DNA from: Armatimonadota bacterium | Lineage (GTDB): Bacteria; Armatimonadota; HRBIN16 | NCBI GenBank assembly: GCA_963677485.1 | Contig: OY781964.1 | Location: forward strand, 3,136,001-3,200,000 | Length of the DNA: 64,000 bases | Reading direction: 5' to 3' | The notes under the pieces: model-generated | Seen by the model: only the letters and a program-made list of their open reading frames with translations | Databases searched by the model: none | Told to the model about the DNA's origin: nothing | Part shown: positions 1-9,360 of the stretch, piece by piece | Layout of the letters: every line of letters begins with the position of its first letter | How positions within the stretch are numbered: position 1 is the stretch's first letter | Program-made: the position numbers and the translations under genes

Positions 1-421
1 GCTCCTCAATCACTGCTCCCAGACTGCGCAGCGTATCCAACAACTCGCCGATGGGCCGCTGGCGCATCCGCTCTACGCCGTCGATCTCGTAGCTGCCTTC
101 ACCCAGGCAAACCGCGGCGGTTAAGAACCGTGCTGCGGTGCCGGCGTTTCCCACAAAAAGCTCCGCCTGGCTATACGGGATATGCCCACGCTGCCCTTGG
201 ACGGTGATGAGCCCATCCTTCGTGCTGGAGGTCGGAATGCCCAGTGCCACCAGAGCCTCACGCATCACCTGCGTGTCTTCGCTGTGCAGCGCGCCATGGA
301 GCTCCAGATAGCCGTCACTCAGTGCTGCCAGCAGCATGGCGCGGTTGGTGATGCTCTTGCTGCCGGGGACCTGCACGGTGGCTGTAATGGGCTGGGTCAC
401 GGGGATGATTTTGACTTTCAT
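1..421 (-). CDS. aroA: 3-phosphoshikimate 1-carboxyvinyltransferase (EPSP synthase), 5' part; runs off the window
   Basis: Manual translation from ATG at 421: MKVKIIPVTQPITATVQVPGSKSITNRA...VGNAGTAARFL (PGSKS and GNAGT motifs); ATGA overlap with the tyrA stop. Confidence 0.95.
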   Translation of the reverse strand, partial: MKVKIIPVTQPITATVQVPGSKSITNRAMLLAALSDGYLELHGALHSEDTQVMREALVALGIPTSSTKDGLITVQGQRGHIPYSQAELFVGNAGTAARFLTAAVCLGEGSYEIDGVERMRQRPIGELLDTLRSLGAVIEE

Positions 422-1269
422 TTCAGTCGAAGTGCCTCTTTACGAGCTTGCTGAGCCAGTGCGAACATATGCGCGATCGTCTCTTTGTCGCCGCGTTTGA
501 CTGCATCGCGTACCTGCTCCAGTTGGATAATGAACTCCCCGATGGTGATGTCGATCTGCTGGGAGTTCATCTTGAAGATCGTGTGCCACAGATCAGCGGA
601 GCTCTCCACCACCCGCGTGACATCGCGGAAGCTGCCCGCCGCCAATTTGGGGCATGGGCTTTGGCGCATGAGCGCACCCATCGCCAGCGCCAGAGCGTGC
701 GGCAGATGTGAACTGATGGCCACCGACTTATCGTGCTTTTCGGGGCTGAGGATCACGGCCGTGGCGCCTAGCGCGCCCACCAGGCTCTGCATTTTGCGCA
801 GGATTGGCTTGGGGGTGTTGTCATGTGGTGTCAAGGCCCAGGTGGCCCCCTCAAAAAGCGACTCTTTCGCGTATTCCACCCCGGTGTGTTCGCTTCCGGC
901 CATGGGGTGCCCACCCAGGAACGACTGGTCCAGGCCCGCCTGAGAAGCCGCCTGCACGATGTTGCCTTTCACGCTGCCGACATCGGTGATGATCTGCCCC
1001 TCGGCCTCACGCTGCGGCCAGTTCAGCAGCGTCTGCACGATGTGATCCACCGGGCTGCATAAAACAATAAGGTCGCACTGGTAGGCGGATTCGTGCAGGG
1101 AGAGGGTCTGGTCTATCGCGCCCAGTTGCTGGCAGAGGGCCATCCGCTCAGGATTTCGGCCGATTCCGCTTACCTTATCGGCCAGCCCCCAGTTGCGGAG
1201 TGCGAGCCCCAGCGATCCGCCGATCAGCCCTACCCCGTAGATGCCGACATGCTCAAACAGCGCGCTCAT
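418..1269 (-). CDS. tyrA: Prephenate/arogenate dehydrogenase
   Basis: GVGLIGGS Rossmann motif, TDVGSVK, GGHPMAGSE, HD..VA.SSHLPH, GSFRDVTRV. Confidence 0.95.
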   Translation of the reverse strand: MSALFEHVGIYGVGLIGGSLGLALRNWGLADKVSGIGRNPERMALCQQLGAIDQTLSLHESAYQCDLIVLCSPVDHIVQTLLNWPQREAEGQIITDVGSVKGNIVQAASQAGLDQSFLGGHPMAGSEHTGVEYAKESLFEGATWALTPHDNTPKPILRKMQSLVGALGATAVILSPEKHDKSVAISSHLPHALALAMGALMRQSPCPKLAAGSFRDVTRVVESSADLWHTIFKMNSQQIDITIGEFIIQLEQVRDAVKRGDKETIAHMFALAQQARKEALRLK

Positions 1270-2300
1270 GAGCTGGCCTTCAGACTGCGCCCCACAGCCG
1301 TGGCCACGGGAGCGAGTTTCTGCAGCATCTGCTCAAACGCCTTGAAGCTAAGGGACTGCGCCCCGTCGTTCAGTGCCGTCTCTGGGCTGGGATGCACCTC
1401 CACCAGCAGACCGTCGGCGCCGGCCGCCACTGCCGCCATGCTCAAGGGGGTCACCATATTGGCCCGCCCGGTCGCATGCGATGGATCGGCGATCACCGGA
1501 AGGTGACTGAGCTGCCTGGCGGCAATCAGGGCACTGATATCAAAGATGTTGCGAGTGTAGGTTTCAAAGCTGCGGACACCACGCTCGCAGAGGATGATCT
1601 GGAAATTCCCGCGCAACGCGATATACTCGGCAGCTAACAGCCACTCCTCGATCAGCGAGGCCCAGCCGCGTTCCAAAACCACTGGCTTGCCAGTGCGGCC
1701 GACTTCCTGCAGCAGCGCGAAATTGGTCATGTTGCGGGTGCCGATCTGCAATATGTCGCTGTATTGCGAGACCATCTCCACATCGCGGGTGTCCATCACT
1801 TCTGTGATCACGGGCATGTTCAGCTCTTTACCCACCTGCGCCAGCATCTTCAATCCTGCCTGGCCCAAGCCGTGGAATGAATAAGGGCTGGTGCTGGGTT
1901 TGAAAGCCCCGCCGCGCAGCACATTCGCGCCCGCACTCTGCACAGCCACGGCGGTGTCACGCAGCATCTGCTCATTTTCTATGGTGCAGGGGCCAGCCAT
2001 CACCACCAGTTGTCCTCCGCCGATGCAGACATCCTTCACTTGAACCTGGCTGCCCTCTGGCGCAAACGCGCGGCCCACCATCTTATAAGGCTTCGAAATG
2101 ATCACCACACGGTCGACATACGGCAGCGCGTTCAACTGCTCAGCGAGGTTCTGCTTGTCCTCATCCACCGCGCCGATGCAGCCTACCACGGTGTGCTCCA
2201 CCCCGCGCGAGATGTGGATGTCCAGCCCGCGGCCTTCCAGGAAGGTCGTGAGCGAACCGATCTGCGCCTCACCCGCACCGCTGTTCAACACGATGATCAT
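1266..2300 (-). CDS. aroF: DAHP synthase, type I-beta, with N-terminal regulatory domain
   Basis: Likely start MIIVLN at 2300, not 3317; AGPCTIE, LRGGAFKP.TSPYSF, QIGTRNM, CERG, DPSHATG, EVHP.P motifs; aro operon context. Confidence 0.92.
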   Translation of the reverse strand: MIIVLNSGAGEAQIGSLTTFLEGRGLDIHISRGVEHTVVGCIGAVDEDKQNLAEQLNALPYVDRVVIISKPYKMVGRAFAPEGSQVQVKDVCIGGGQLVVMAGPCTIENEQMLRDTAVAVQSAGANVLRGGAFKPSTSPYSFHGLGQAGLKMLAQVGKELNMPVITEVMDTRDVEMVSQYSDILQIGTRNMTNFALLQEVGRTGKPVVLERGWASLIEEWLLAAEYIALRGNFQIILCERGVRSFETYTRNIFDISALIAARQLSHLPVIADPSHATGRANMVTPLSMAAVAAGADGLLVEVHPSPETALNDGAQSLSFKAFEQMLQKLAPVATAVGRSLKASS

Positions 2301-2567
2301 GTCAAGCCTCCAAATTAGCGATTTTTCGCACAATAACATTGTAGCATGAGGGGGTATTTTGAACGCCCGCAGCAGTAGATCGGCCTTTCGCTGGTGCTCA
2401 CCCAATTGCCGGGAATATGCAATGATCACCGATGCCGCGACATAAATGTCTCGGCTTCGGTGATTTCGGGCCTCGCTTATACTCATGGTTAGTTGGCTGC
2501 TCTCTCCCCCATCCCCACGACATAGTACAATGTAGTTGAAGATAAACTCGCAAGGATTACGACTAAC

Positions 2568-3554
2568 ATGATCACCACAGTAGACTGCCTGCCGTGTATG
2601 CTCAGGCAGACGATCGATGCCGCACGGATGACGGGTCAGCCTGAGCACAGACTGCAGCCATTCGCCACCGAGATACTGGCTGAAATGACGAAGATGGACC
2701 CCAGCCAGGCCCCACCCACCTATGCCGCCCACTTGCACCGCATGGTGCGGGAACGGCTGCGATGTGCCGACCCCTTTGCAGCCATCAAAGCGCAGAGCAA
2801 CGCTCTGGCGCAGTCGGTGATACCGGCTGTCCAGAGGCTGATCCGTGAGAGTGCTTCCCCCTTTGAAACCGCGGTGAGGCTGGCCATCGGAGGCAACATC
2901 ATTGATTATGGTGCCACCTCCGGCCCTGACGATGAAAAGATACTGCAAACACTGCGTGACGTGGTCAACGCGCCCCTTCCGAACGGCGCCATCGTCCGGT
3001 TTGAGCGGGCCATCGCCGAGGCTGAGAGCATCCTCTACATCGGTGACAACGCCGGTGAGATTTTCTTCGACCGCGAGCTGATCGCGTTGATGCCCACTGA
3101 GAAGATCACCTTCAGCGTGCGCGGCGGGCCGATCCTGAACGATGTCACAATGGCCGATGCGGAGCTGGCGGGCATCACCAGCCTGGTGCCGGTGATTGAC
3201 AACGGCTTCGACGGTCCAGGCTGCGACCTTCCTTATTGCAGTGAGGTGTTTCAGAAGGCGTTTGCGGAGGCCAACCTTGTGATCAGCAAAGGACAGGGTA
3301 ACCTTGAGACGCTGCACGACGCACCCGGGCAGATCGCATTTCTGTTCATGGTGAAATGCCCTGTGGTGAGCCGTATGGTCAAGCTGCCGTTAGGCAGCCT
3401 GCAGCTCATGATGTCGGCGGTGGAACGCAGACGGGATGCTGGCCGCCAGATGTATCCTGCGACATCACAGAATACATCCAACAAGCAGCCTAAGCTGGAT
3501 GACAGTACATCCGAGCATATAGAGATGGTTACGCCAACCCGGCATACCTCTTGA
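2568..3554 (+). CDS. DUF89/ARMT1-like damage-control phosphatase
   Basis: N-terminal DCLPC, GNIIDYG, DNAGEIFFD, PILNDVT, ISKGQGNLETL, F.VKC motifs. Confidence 0.9.
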   Translation: MITTVDCLPCMLRQTIDAARMTGQPEHRLQPFATEILAEMTKMDPSQAPPTYAAHLHRMVRERLRCADPFAAIKAQSNALAQSVIPAVQRLIRESASPFETAVRLAIGGNIIDYGATSGPDDEKILQTLRDVVNAPLPNGAIVRFERAIAEAESILYIGDNAGEIFFDRELIALMPTEKITFSVRGGPILNDVTMADAELAGITSLVPVIDNGFDGPGCDLPYCSEVFQKAFAEANLVISKGQGNLETLHDAPGQIAFLFMVKCPVVSRMVKLPLGSLQLMMSAVERRRDAGRQMYPATSQNTSNKQPKLDDSTSEHIEMVTPTRHTS

Positions 3555-4401
3555 GGTTCGCAAGGCCGGCTTCCAGTGCGGTGAGATTGTCTTCCATACC
3601 TTCAAACTCAATCGACAGGTAGCCATCGTAGCCGGCTTCCTGAAGCAGTTTGATGCAGCCCTTGATATCCACATTGCCGTGGCCCACGATGGCCCCACGC
3701 AGAGGGGTTCCGCCACGACTCTTGAACCAGCCCGCACCAGGATCGGCACCGATGGCCTTAATGTGGAAGTCCTTGGCATGAACATGGAAGGCGTATTTCG
3801 CCATGCGGCTGACGGCAATCAACGGCTCCTCGTCAGCGCACAGGAAGTTACCCATGTCCACTAGTGCCCCGAAGTTGGGGTTCCCCACGGTGTTGATCAG
3901 GTTCTCCACGCGGTCACTGTCCTGGAAGAAGAAGCCGTGGTTCTCGATCATCGTCTGCACGCCTTTGTCGGTGGCATACTCGGTGACACCGCGGTAACCA
4001 CGTGCCACGATGGGCAGGGCCTCGAAATAGTCAGCCAGACCATTCGCACGCCCCTTGAACCCGCCGGTCGCATCGTGCCGCATCTTCGGTGCGCCCAGGG
4101 CCACGGCGACGTCCACCTCGCCGCGCAATCGAGCGATTTCGTCTTCCACATCGCCGTGCGGAGGGTTCAGGAAGTCCGCGCCGATGGTCCAGCTCATCAC
4201 GTCCAGATTGACCTGGGCGCAGGCCTCTTTGATTCGTTTCGCCAACTCGATGGCCTTCTGACCGTCACAGCCTGGGTAGAACCCGGCGAACTCGATGCCC
4301 GAAAACCCCATCTGCGCCGCGGCGTTGATCACGCCGAACATATCGAGCTTCTCTTCGGACATATACCTTTGGAAGCTATAACTGCTGACACCTATCTTCA
4401 T
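3529..4401 (-). CDS. Sugar phosphate isomerase/epimerase (AP endonuclease 2 TIM barrel)
   Basis: IENHG, DMGNF, HVHAKD, SIEFEG motifs. Confidence 0.88.
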   Translation of the reverse strand: MKIGVSSYSFQRYMSEEKLDMFGVINAAAQMGFSGIEFAGFYPGCDGQKAIELAKRIKEACAQVNLDVMSWTIGADFLNPPHGDVEDEIARLRGEVDVAVALGAPKMRHDATGGFKGRANGLADYFEALPIVARGYRGVTEYATDKGVQTMIENHGFFFQDSDRVENLINTVGNPNFGALVDMGNFLCADEEPLIAVSRMAKYAFHVHAKDFHIKAIGADPGAGWFKSRGGTPLRGAIVGHGNVDIKGCIKLLQEAGYDGYLSIEFEGMEDNLTALEAGLANLKRYAGLA

Positions 4402-4559
4402 TTGGAATCTCCTTACGAATGCAAACTAACATATCATTCCACATGAGTGGCCCAGAAACCTGCAATCACATTGATATATTTGTTATATACGGCTACAATG
4501 AGCAACGAACCAGAGATTTGAAACGCATGTACCAAGGCTTCCATATTTGAGGGGAACAG

Positions 4560-7055
4560 ATGATCGCATTGCGCACTCACATGACTCTTGCGGCTGCGGC
4601 CGCATCCTGCATCGCCGGAGCGGCCTGTGCCAGCGCTCCAAACACGGCTGAGCTGCAGCTAGCCAAACGATGGGTCGAAAGCCGGTTCGAGGGAAAAGTA
4701 GCCATCCAGCGCGAACAGGGGCTGCTGGTACTGGCTAACAACGACCCCGTGCAGCGCAACGAGCGGAACGGGGCCCCCATGAAGATCGGCGAGACCCAGT
4801 ATACGCGTGGCCTCTATTGCCATGCCAACAGCAAGGTCGTGGTCAAACTGCCCTCACCCGGTGCAACATTTACCTCAGTGGTGGGGGTCGATGCTGCGGC
4901 ACCTCCCGGCACGGTGGTGTTTTCGGTGGTGTTGAATGGCCAGACCGCCTTTAAGTCGCCGCTGATGAAGGGAACCACCCCTGCATTACCTGTGAAGGTG
5001 GATCTGAAGGGTGCCACCGAGTTTACGCTGGAAGTGGGCGATGGCGGTGATAACATCGCATGGGATCAGTCTGACTGGGCCGACGCGAAGGTCACCTTGG
5101 CGGATGGCAAAGAGATTTGGTTGGGTGACATGCCATTTCTGGGTTCCTGGGGATCGACAGAGACAAGCGATGCCTTCTTCTCATTCGATCTCGACGGCAA
5201 GCCGTCCAGTAGCTTTATATCAAAGTGGAAGCTCACGCGAAAAAAGAGATCATTGGACGCCAACCGAACGGAGCATGTGCAGACCTATACAGACCCCTCG
5301 ACAGGCCTGCAGGCGCGAACGGTCGGTATCCAATACCACGACTACCCCACGGTGGAGTGGACCCTCTACCTAAAGAACACAGGTACCAAAGATACGCCGG
5401 TCATATCCAACATCCGCAGCCTTGATATGGGGCTGCAGCGCGATACCGGCTCGGAATATGCGCTGCACCTGAACAAGGGCAGTGAGACCGGTGTAGAGGA
5501 CTACCGGCCCCTCACGATGGAGCTCAAACAGCCGCTCACCACCATCGCCGCCAGCAACGGTCGTCCCACAGAGGCATATGCTCCCTACTTCAACATCGAC
5601 TGGGGCGGCCAAGGACTCATCATGGTGCTGGGGTGGCCTGGGCAGTGGAGCGCTCAGTTCATGCGAGACAGCAGCACCGGGTTGCGCGTCTGCGCCGGAC
5701 AGGAACTGACCAACCTCAAGCTGCATCCTGGCGAGGAAATTCGTGCCCCGCTGGTGGTGCTGCAGTTCTGGAGCGGCGGCGACTGGATCAGGGCGCAGAA
5801 CGTCTGGCGGCGATGGATGGTCGCGCACAGCCTGCCCCGGCCTGGCGGCCAACTGCCCCCAAATCATCTAGCAGCTTGCAGTTCGCATCAGTGTGCTGAG
5901 ATGCAGAACGCCACGAGCGAAAACCAGAAAATGTTCATCGACCGTTATTTAGAGGAGAAGCTGCCTCTTGACTACTGGTGGATGGATGCAGGATGGTATA
6001 CCAACTACGGTTCGTGGATGAACACCGGCACATGGGATGTGGACCTTAAGCGGTTCCCAGGCGGTCTGCGTTCTATCAGCGACCACGCCCATGCTAAGGG
6101 TGTGAAGACGATCGTCTGGTTTGAACCGGAGTGCGTCACTCCCTCTACCTGGCTGGCTGATAACCACCCAGACTGGGTGCTGGGTCCAAAGGACTGGACT
6201 AAGATGGGCCACGACAACGCCGGCGCCTGGTGTCTGCTGAACCTGGGTAATCCAGATGCGCGTAATTGGCTGACCAACATGCTCGATACCACCATCAATG
6301 AGCAGGGGATTGACCTCTACCGTCAAGATTTCCGCCTGGGCCCGATCGGTGCCTGGCGGGCAAACGACACAAAAGAGCGTCAGGGGATCACGGAGATACG
6401 GCACTGCGAAGGCTATCTGGCCAACTGGGACGAATTGCGTAGGCTACATCCCAACATGCTGATTGACTCCTGCGCGGCTGGCGGCCGACGCAACGAGCTG
6501 GAGGCGATGCGCCGCGCAGTACCGCTGCTTCGCAGTGATTATATCCTTGAGCCGGTGGGCAACCAGTGTCACACCTATGGCATCTCACTCTGGCTGCCGT
6601 TGTATGGCACCGCGGTGAACTGCTCCGACGCCTATGGTTTCCGCAGTGTGATGACGCCCATGTTGAACGCGTGCTACGATATGCGCAACCCCAACCTGGA
6701 CTACAACAGCATCCGTAAGCTGATGGGGCAATGGAAGTCCGTCTCGGGGTATATGCTGGGCGACTACTACCCATTGACACCTTACACAACCGAGCGGCAT
6801 CTATGGATCGCATGGCAGTTTGACAAACCGGAGACGGGTGAAGGGATGGTCCAGGCCTTCCGCCGCGACCAGAGCTACTACACGTCCACATCGTTCAGCC
6901 TGCGAGGTTTGGAAGCAGACGCCAGCTACACCGTCACAGACCTGGACACTGGCGGCACCAGCGTACACACAGGTAAAGAGCTGATGGAGAAGGGGCTGGA
7001 CATCGCCATCGCCGCCAAACCCGGTTCCGCGTTGATCGTGTATAAGAAGAACTGA
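4560..7055 (+). CDS. Secreted alpha-galactosidase (GH36-like) with NPCBM/NEW2 domain
   Basis: Signal peptide, GLYCHA...DGGD...DQSDWADA (NPCBM), WWMDAGWY, WFEPE, YRQD, IDSCAAGGRRN. Confidence 0.85.
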   Translation: MIALRTHMTLAAAAASCIAGAACASAPNTAELQLAKRWVESRFEGKVAIQREQGLLVLANNDPVQRNERNGAPMKIGETQYTRGLYCHANSKVVVKLPSPGATFTSVVGVDAAAPPGTVVFSVVLNGQTAFKSPLMKGTTPALPVKVDLKGATEFTLEVGDGGDNIAWDQSDWADAKVTLADGKEIWLGDMPFLGSWGSTETSDAFFSFDLDGKPSSSFISKWKLTRKKRSLDANRTEHVQTYTDPSTGLQARTVGIQYHDYPTVEWTLYLKNTGTKDTPVISNIRSLDMGLQRDTGSEYALHLNKGSETGVEDYRPLTMELKQPLTTIAASNGRPTEAYAPYFNIDWGGQGLIMVLGWPGQWSAQFMRDSSTGLRVCAGQELTNLKLHPGEEIRAPLVVLQFWSGGDWIRAQNVWRRWMVAHSLPRPGGQLPPNHLAACSSHQCAEMQNATSENQKMFIDRYLEEKLPLDYWWMDAGWYTNYGSWMNTGTWDVDLKRFPGGLRSISDHAHAKGVKTIVWFEPECVTPSTWLADNHPDWVLGPKDWTKMGHDNAGAWCLLNLGNPDARNWLTNMLDTTINEQGIDLYRQDFRLGPIGAWRANDTKERQGITEIRHCEGYLANWDELRRLHPNMLIDSCAAGGRRNELEAMRRAVPLLRSDYILEPVGNQCHTYGISLWLPLYGTAVNCSDAYGFRSVMTPMLNACYDMRNPNLDYNSIRKLMGQWKSVSGYMLGDYYPLTPYTTERHLWIAWQFDKPETGEGMVQAFRRDQSYYTSTSFSLRGLEADASYTVTDLDTGGTSVHTGKELMEKGLDIAIAAKPGSALIVYKKN

Positions 7056-7095
7056 ACGCAACTGATCGGATAGTCGCCGCATTCTGTATATGGCT

Positions 7096-7134
7096 TGCCA
7101 TGGTTTATGAGATATATTCTCATAAACCATGGCA
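7096..7134. promoter_or_regulatory. Perfect 17-bp-arm inverted repeat upstream of the ATPase-RloB pair (terminator or operator)
   Basis: TGCCATGGTTTATGAGA-tatat-TCTCATAAACCATGGCA. Confidence 0.5.
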
Positions 7135-7196
7135 TTATGATCATATTGCGCATATAATATGCATACTAATGCGTATTTACCGCATAATCGGGTGAA

Positions 7197-8549
7197 ATGA
7201 TGCTCATCAGCTTCTCACTAGAAAACTGGATGTCCTTTCAAAATAAGGTCACCTTATCTATGATCGCCAGCAGGGAGCGTCAACATGGAGACCGAGTCGC
7301 AAAACTACCCAAGTTCCAAACTCGCATTCTTCCGATCACCGCCATATACGGCGGCAACGCGTCAGGCAAGACCAACTTGTTCAAGGCCTTGAATTTCGCG
7401 AAATGGTTGGTCGTCAGGGGCACACAGCCCGATAGCTACATCCCTGTTGAACCATACCGGAATAACAATCACCGAGCTGAGCAGCCATCTCGGTTTAGTT
7501 TCGTGATATTCGTTGACGAAGTCATTTATGATTATAGTTTTACGGTCACTCGGAGAGCTGTGCTGGAAGAGAAGCTGGTCATAATCACCAGCACCAGAGA
7601 GAGGGTGCTGTATCATCGGATTGACGGAAAACCGAACTTTGATGACGCGATTAAATCTAACCAGTTTCTCAATTTCGCCTTTAACGGCACCCGTGATAAC
7701 CAGCTTTTTTTGACCAACTCGGTGTCTCAAAAAGTCGACGACTTCCGACCTGTATACGACTGGTTCAAGAACTCTCTCGAACTGGTTGCGCCAGACTCAC
7801 GATTTGAACCCTTCGAACTGTTCCTAGATGAGACCAATCCTCTCTACGCCACTATGAACGAGATACTGCCCCTTCTTGACACTGGGATCACCCACCTGGG
7901 AGGAGAGGCTGTCCCATTTGACAGCTTGCCAATTCCAGTATCGTTGAAGTCGAAACTCATGGAAGATATCGCCGAAGGTATGTCCGGTCGGATCAGTTTG
8001 GACTCAGATAATGAGCGGTTTGTGATCACCCGTAAAGATGGCGATTTGGTCGCACAGAAGATGGTGACATATCATCCCAAAGTCGGTGGCGACGATATTA
8101 AATTTGAGGTAAAACAGGAATCGGACGGCACACTACGCGTGATCGATCTGTTGCCAGCTTTTCTTGAGCTCTCAGCGAAACTATCAAAGAAGGTCTACGT
8201 GATAGACGAGCTTGATCGCAGTCTGCACACCTTGCTCACACGAAAACTACTGGAGTATTACTTAGGCAGTTGCTCAGGAACCACAAGGTCGCAGCTGCTT
8301 TTCACTACACATGATGTATTGTTGATGGACCAGCAACTGTTGCGCCGTGACGAGATGTGGATTGCCGAACGAGACGTCGCAGGTGCCTCCACACTATTAT
8401 CGTTCGCCGAATATAAAGATGTGCGATACGACAAGGATATACGAAAAAGCTACCTGCAGGGACGGTTAGGTGGGATACCCAGGATTTGGCTAGGAGATAC
8501 CATGAACACCTCAGATAGACTCCTCGAAAGCGAAAGTGATAAAGAGTGA
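7197..8549 (+). CDS. AAA_15/AAA_21 ABC-type ATPase (RloA/AbiLi-like)
   Basis: Walker [17 protein letters not shown] signature, Walker [29 protein letters not shown]; AT-richer than flanks. Confidence 0.9.
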   Translation: MMLISFSLENWMSFQNKVTLSMIASRERQHGDRVAKLPKFQTRILPITAIYGGNASGKTNLFKALNFAKWLVVRGTQPDSYIPVEPYRNNNHRAEQPSRFSFVIFVDEVIYDYSFTVTRRAVLEEKLVIITSTRERVLYHRIDGKPNFDDAIKSNQFLNFAFNGTRDNQLFLTNSVSQKVDDFRPVYDWFKNSLELVAPDSRFEPFELFLDETNPLYATMNEILPLLDTGITHLGGEAVPFDSLPIPVSLKSKLMEDIAEGMSGRISLDSDNERFVITRKDGDLVAQKMVTYHPKVGGDDIKFEVKQESDGTLRVIDLLPAFLELSAKLSKKVYVIDELDRSLHTLLTRKLLEYYLGSCSGTTRSQLLFTTHDVLLMDQQLLRRDEMWIAERDVAGASTLLSFAEYKDVRYDKDIRKSYLQGRLGGIPRIWLGDTMNTSDRLLESESDKE

Positions 8550-9160
8550 CCCAGAAAAGGCGCAGTTTCCCGAGGCAGCTTGGGCAGCTTCGTTACCGAA
8601 AGCTGTTCATCATCGCCGTTGAAGGTGTGAAGACCGAACCGCAGTATTTCGGTATCTTCAGCAACCAGTCGATCATTAAGGTGAAATGCCTGAAAAGTGG
8701 CCACGATAGTTCACCACCTCAAGTTCTGGACAGAATGAAGATATACCTCAAGAACGAAGGGCTCAAATCAACCGACGAAGCCTGGCTCGTGGTTGACAAA
8801 GACCAGTGGAGCAACGAACAGGTCAACCTGTTGTATACATGGTCTCAGACGCAGTCGAATTACGGGTTCGCCCTCAGTAATCCCAACTTCGAGTATTGGC
8901 TGTTACTGCATTTTGACAATGGTAATGGTATCGCCAACTCGCGCGAATGCAGCATACGCTTGAAACAATACGTACCAAACTATGACAAAGGTATCAACGC
9001 AACCGACTATACTATGGAACGTATAAAAGAAGCTATCGGGCGTGCCAAGCGTCGCGATACGCCACCATGCCAAGACTGGCCACATCATGCTGGCTCCACC
9101 ACCGTATACCGTCTTGTGGGTAATATTCTTGGTGCTGCTGCCACTCACGCTTCTTCATAA
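8546..9160 (+). CDS. rloB: RloB family TOPRIM-like protein (AbiLii-like)
   Basis: [33 protein letters not shown] motifs; GTGA overlap with the ATPase. Confidence 0.88.
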   Translation: MTQKRRSFPRQLGQLRYRKLFIIAVEGVKTEPQYFGIFSNQSIIKVKCLKSGHDSSPPQVLDRMKIYLKNEGLKSTDEAWLVVDKDQWSNEQVNLLYTWSQTQSNYGFALSNPNFEYWLLLHFDNGNGIANSRECSIRLKQYVPNYDKGINATDYTMERIKEAIGRAKRRDTPPCQDWPHHAGSTTVYRLVGNILGAAATHASS

Positions 9161-9360
9161 AGTCGGCGAATTGAAGCTATTCCAGCGAGTGCTTCTATGA
9201 CCCATAGCAATACATTGTGGCCTATTCAACCTGCTTCCGATCCGGCAGAAACAACCCCCAAGCCTCCAGGTGAAAATCTGGAGTCTTTTGACTCATCCCA
9301 CTGGAAATCCCCCGGTCCGATGCCTATAATCAAGGGGATGATTACTCTTTAGAGGTTAGC

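Noticed and set aside
2301-3317. Long N-terminal extension of the 683-aa aroF ORF
   Set aside because: It is the antisense shadow of the DUF89 gene; the RBS (GGAGG) and domain start point to ATG at 2300.
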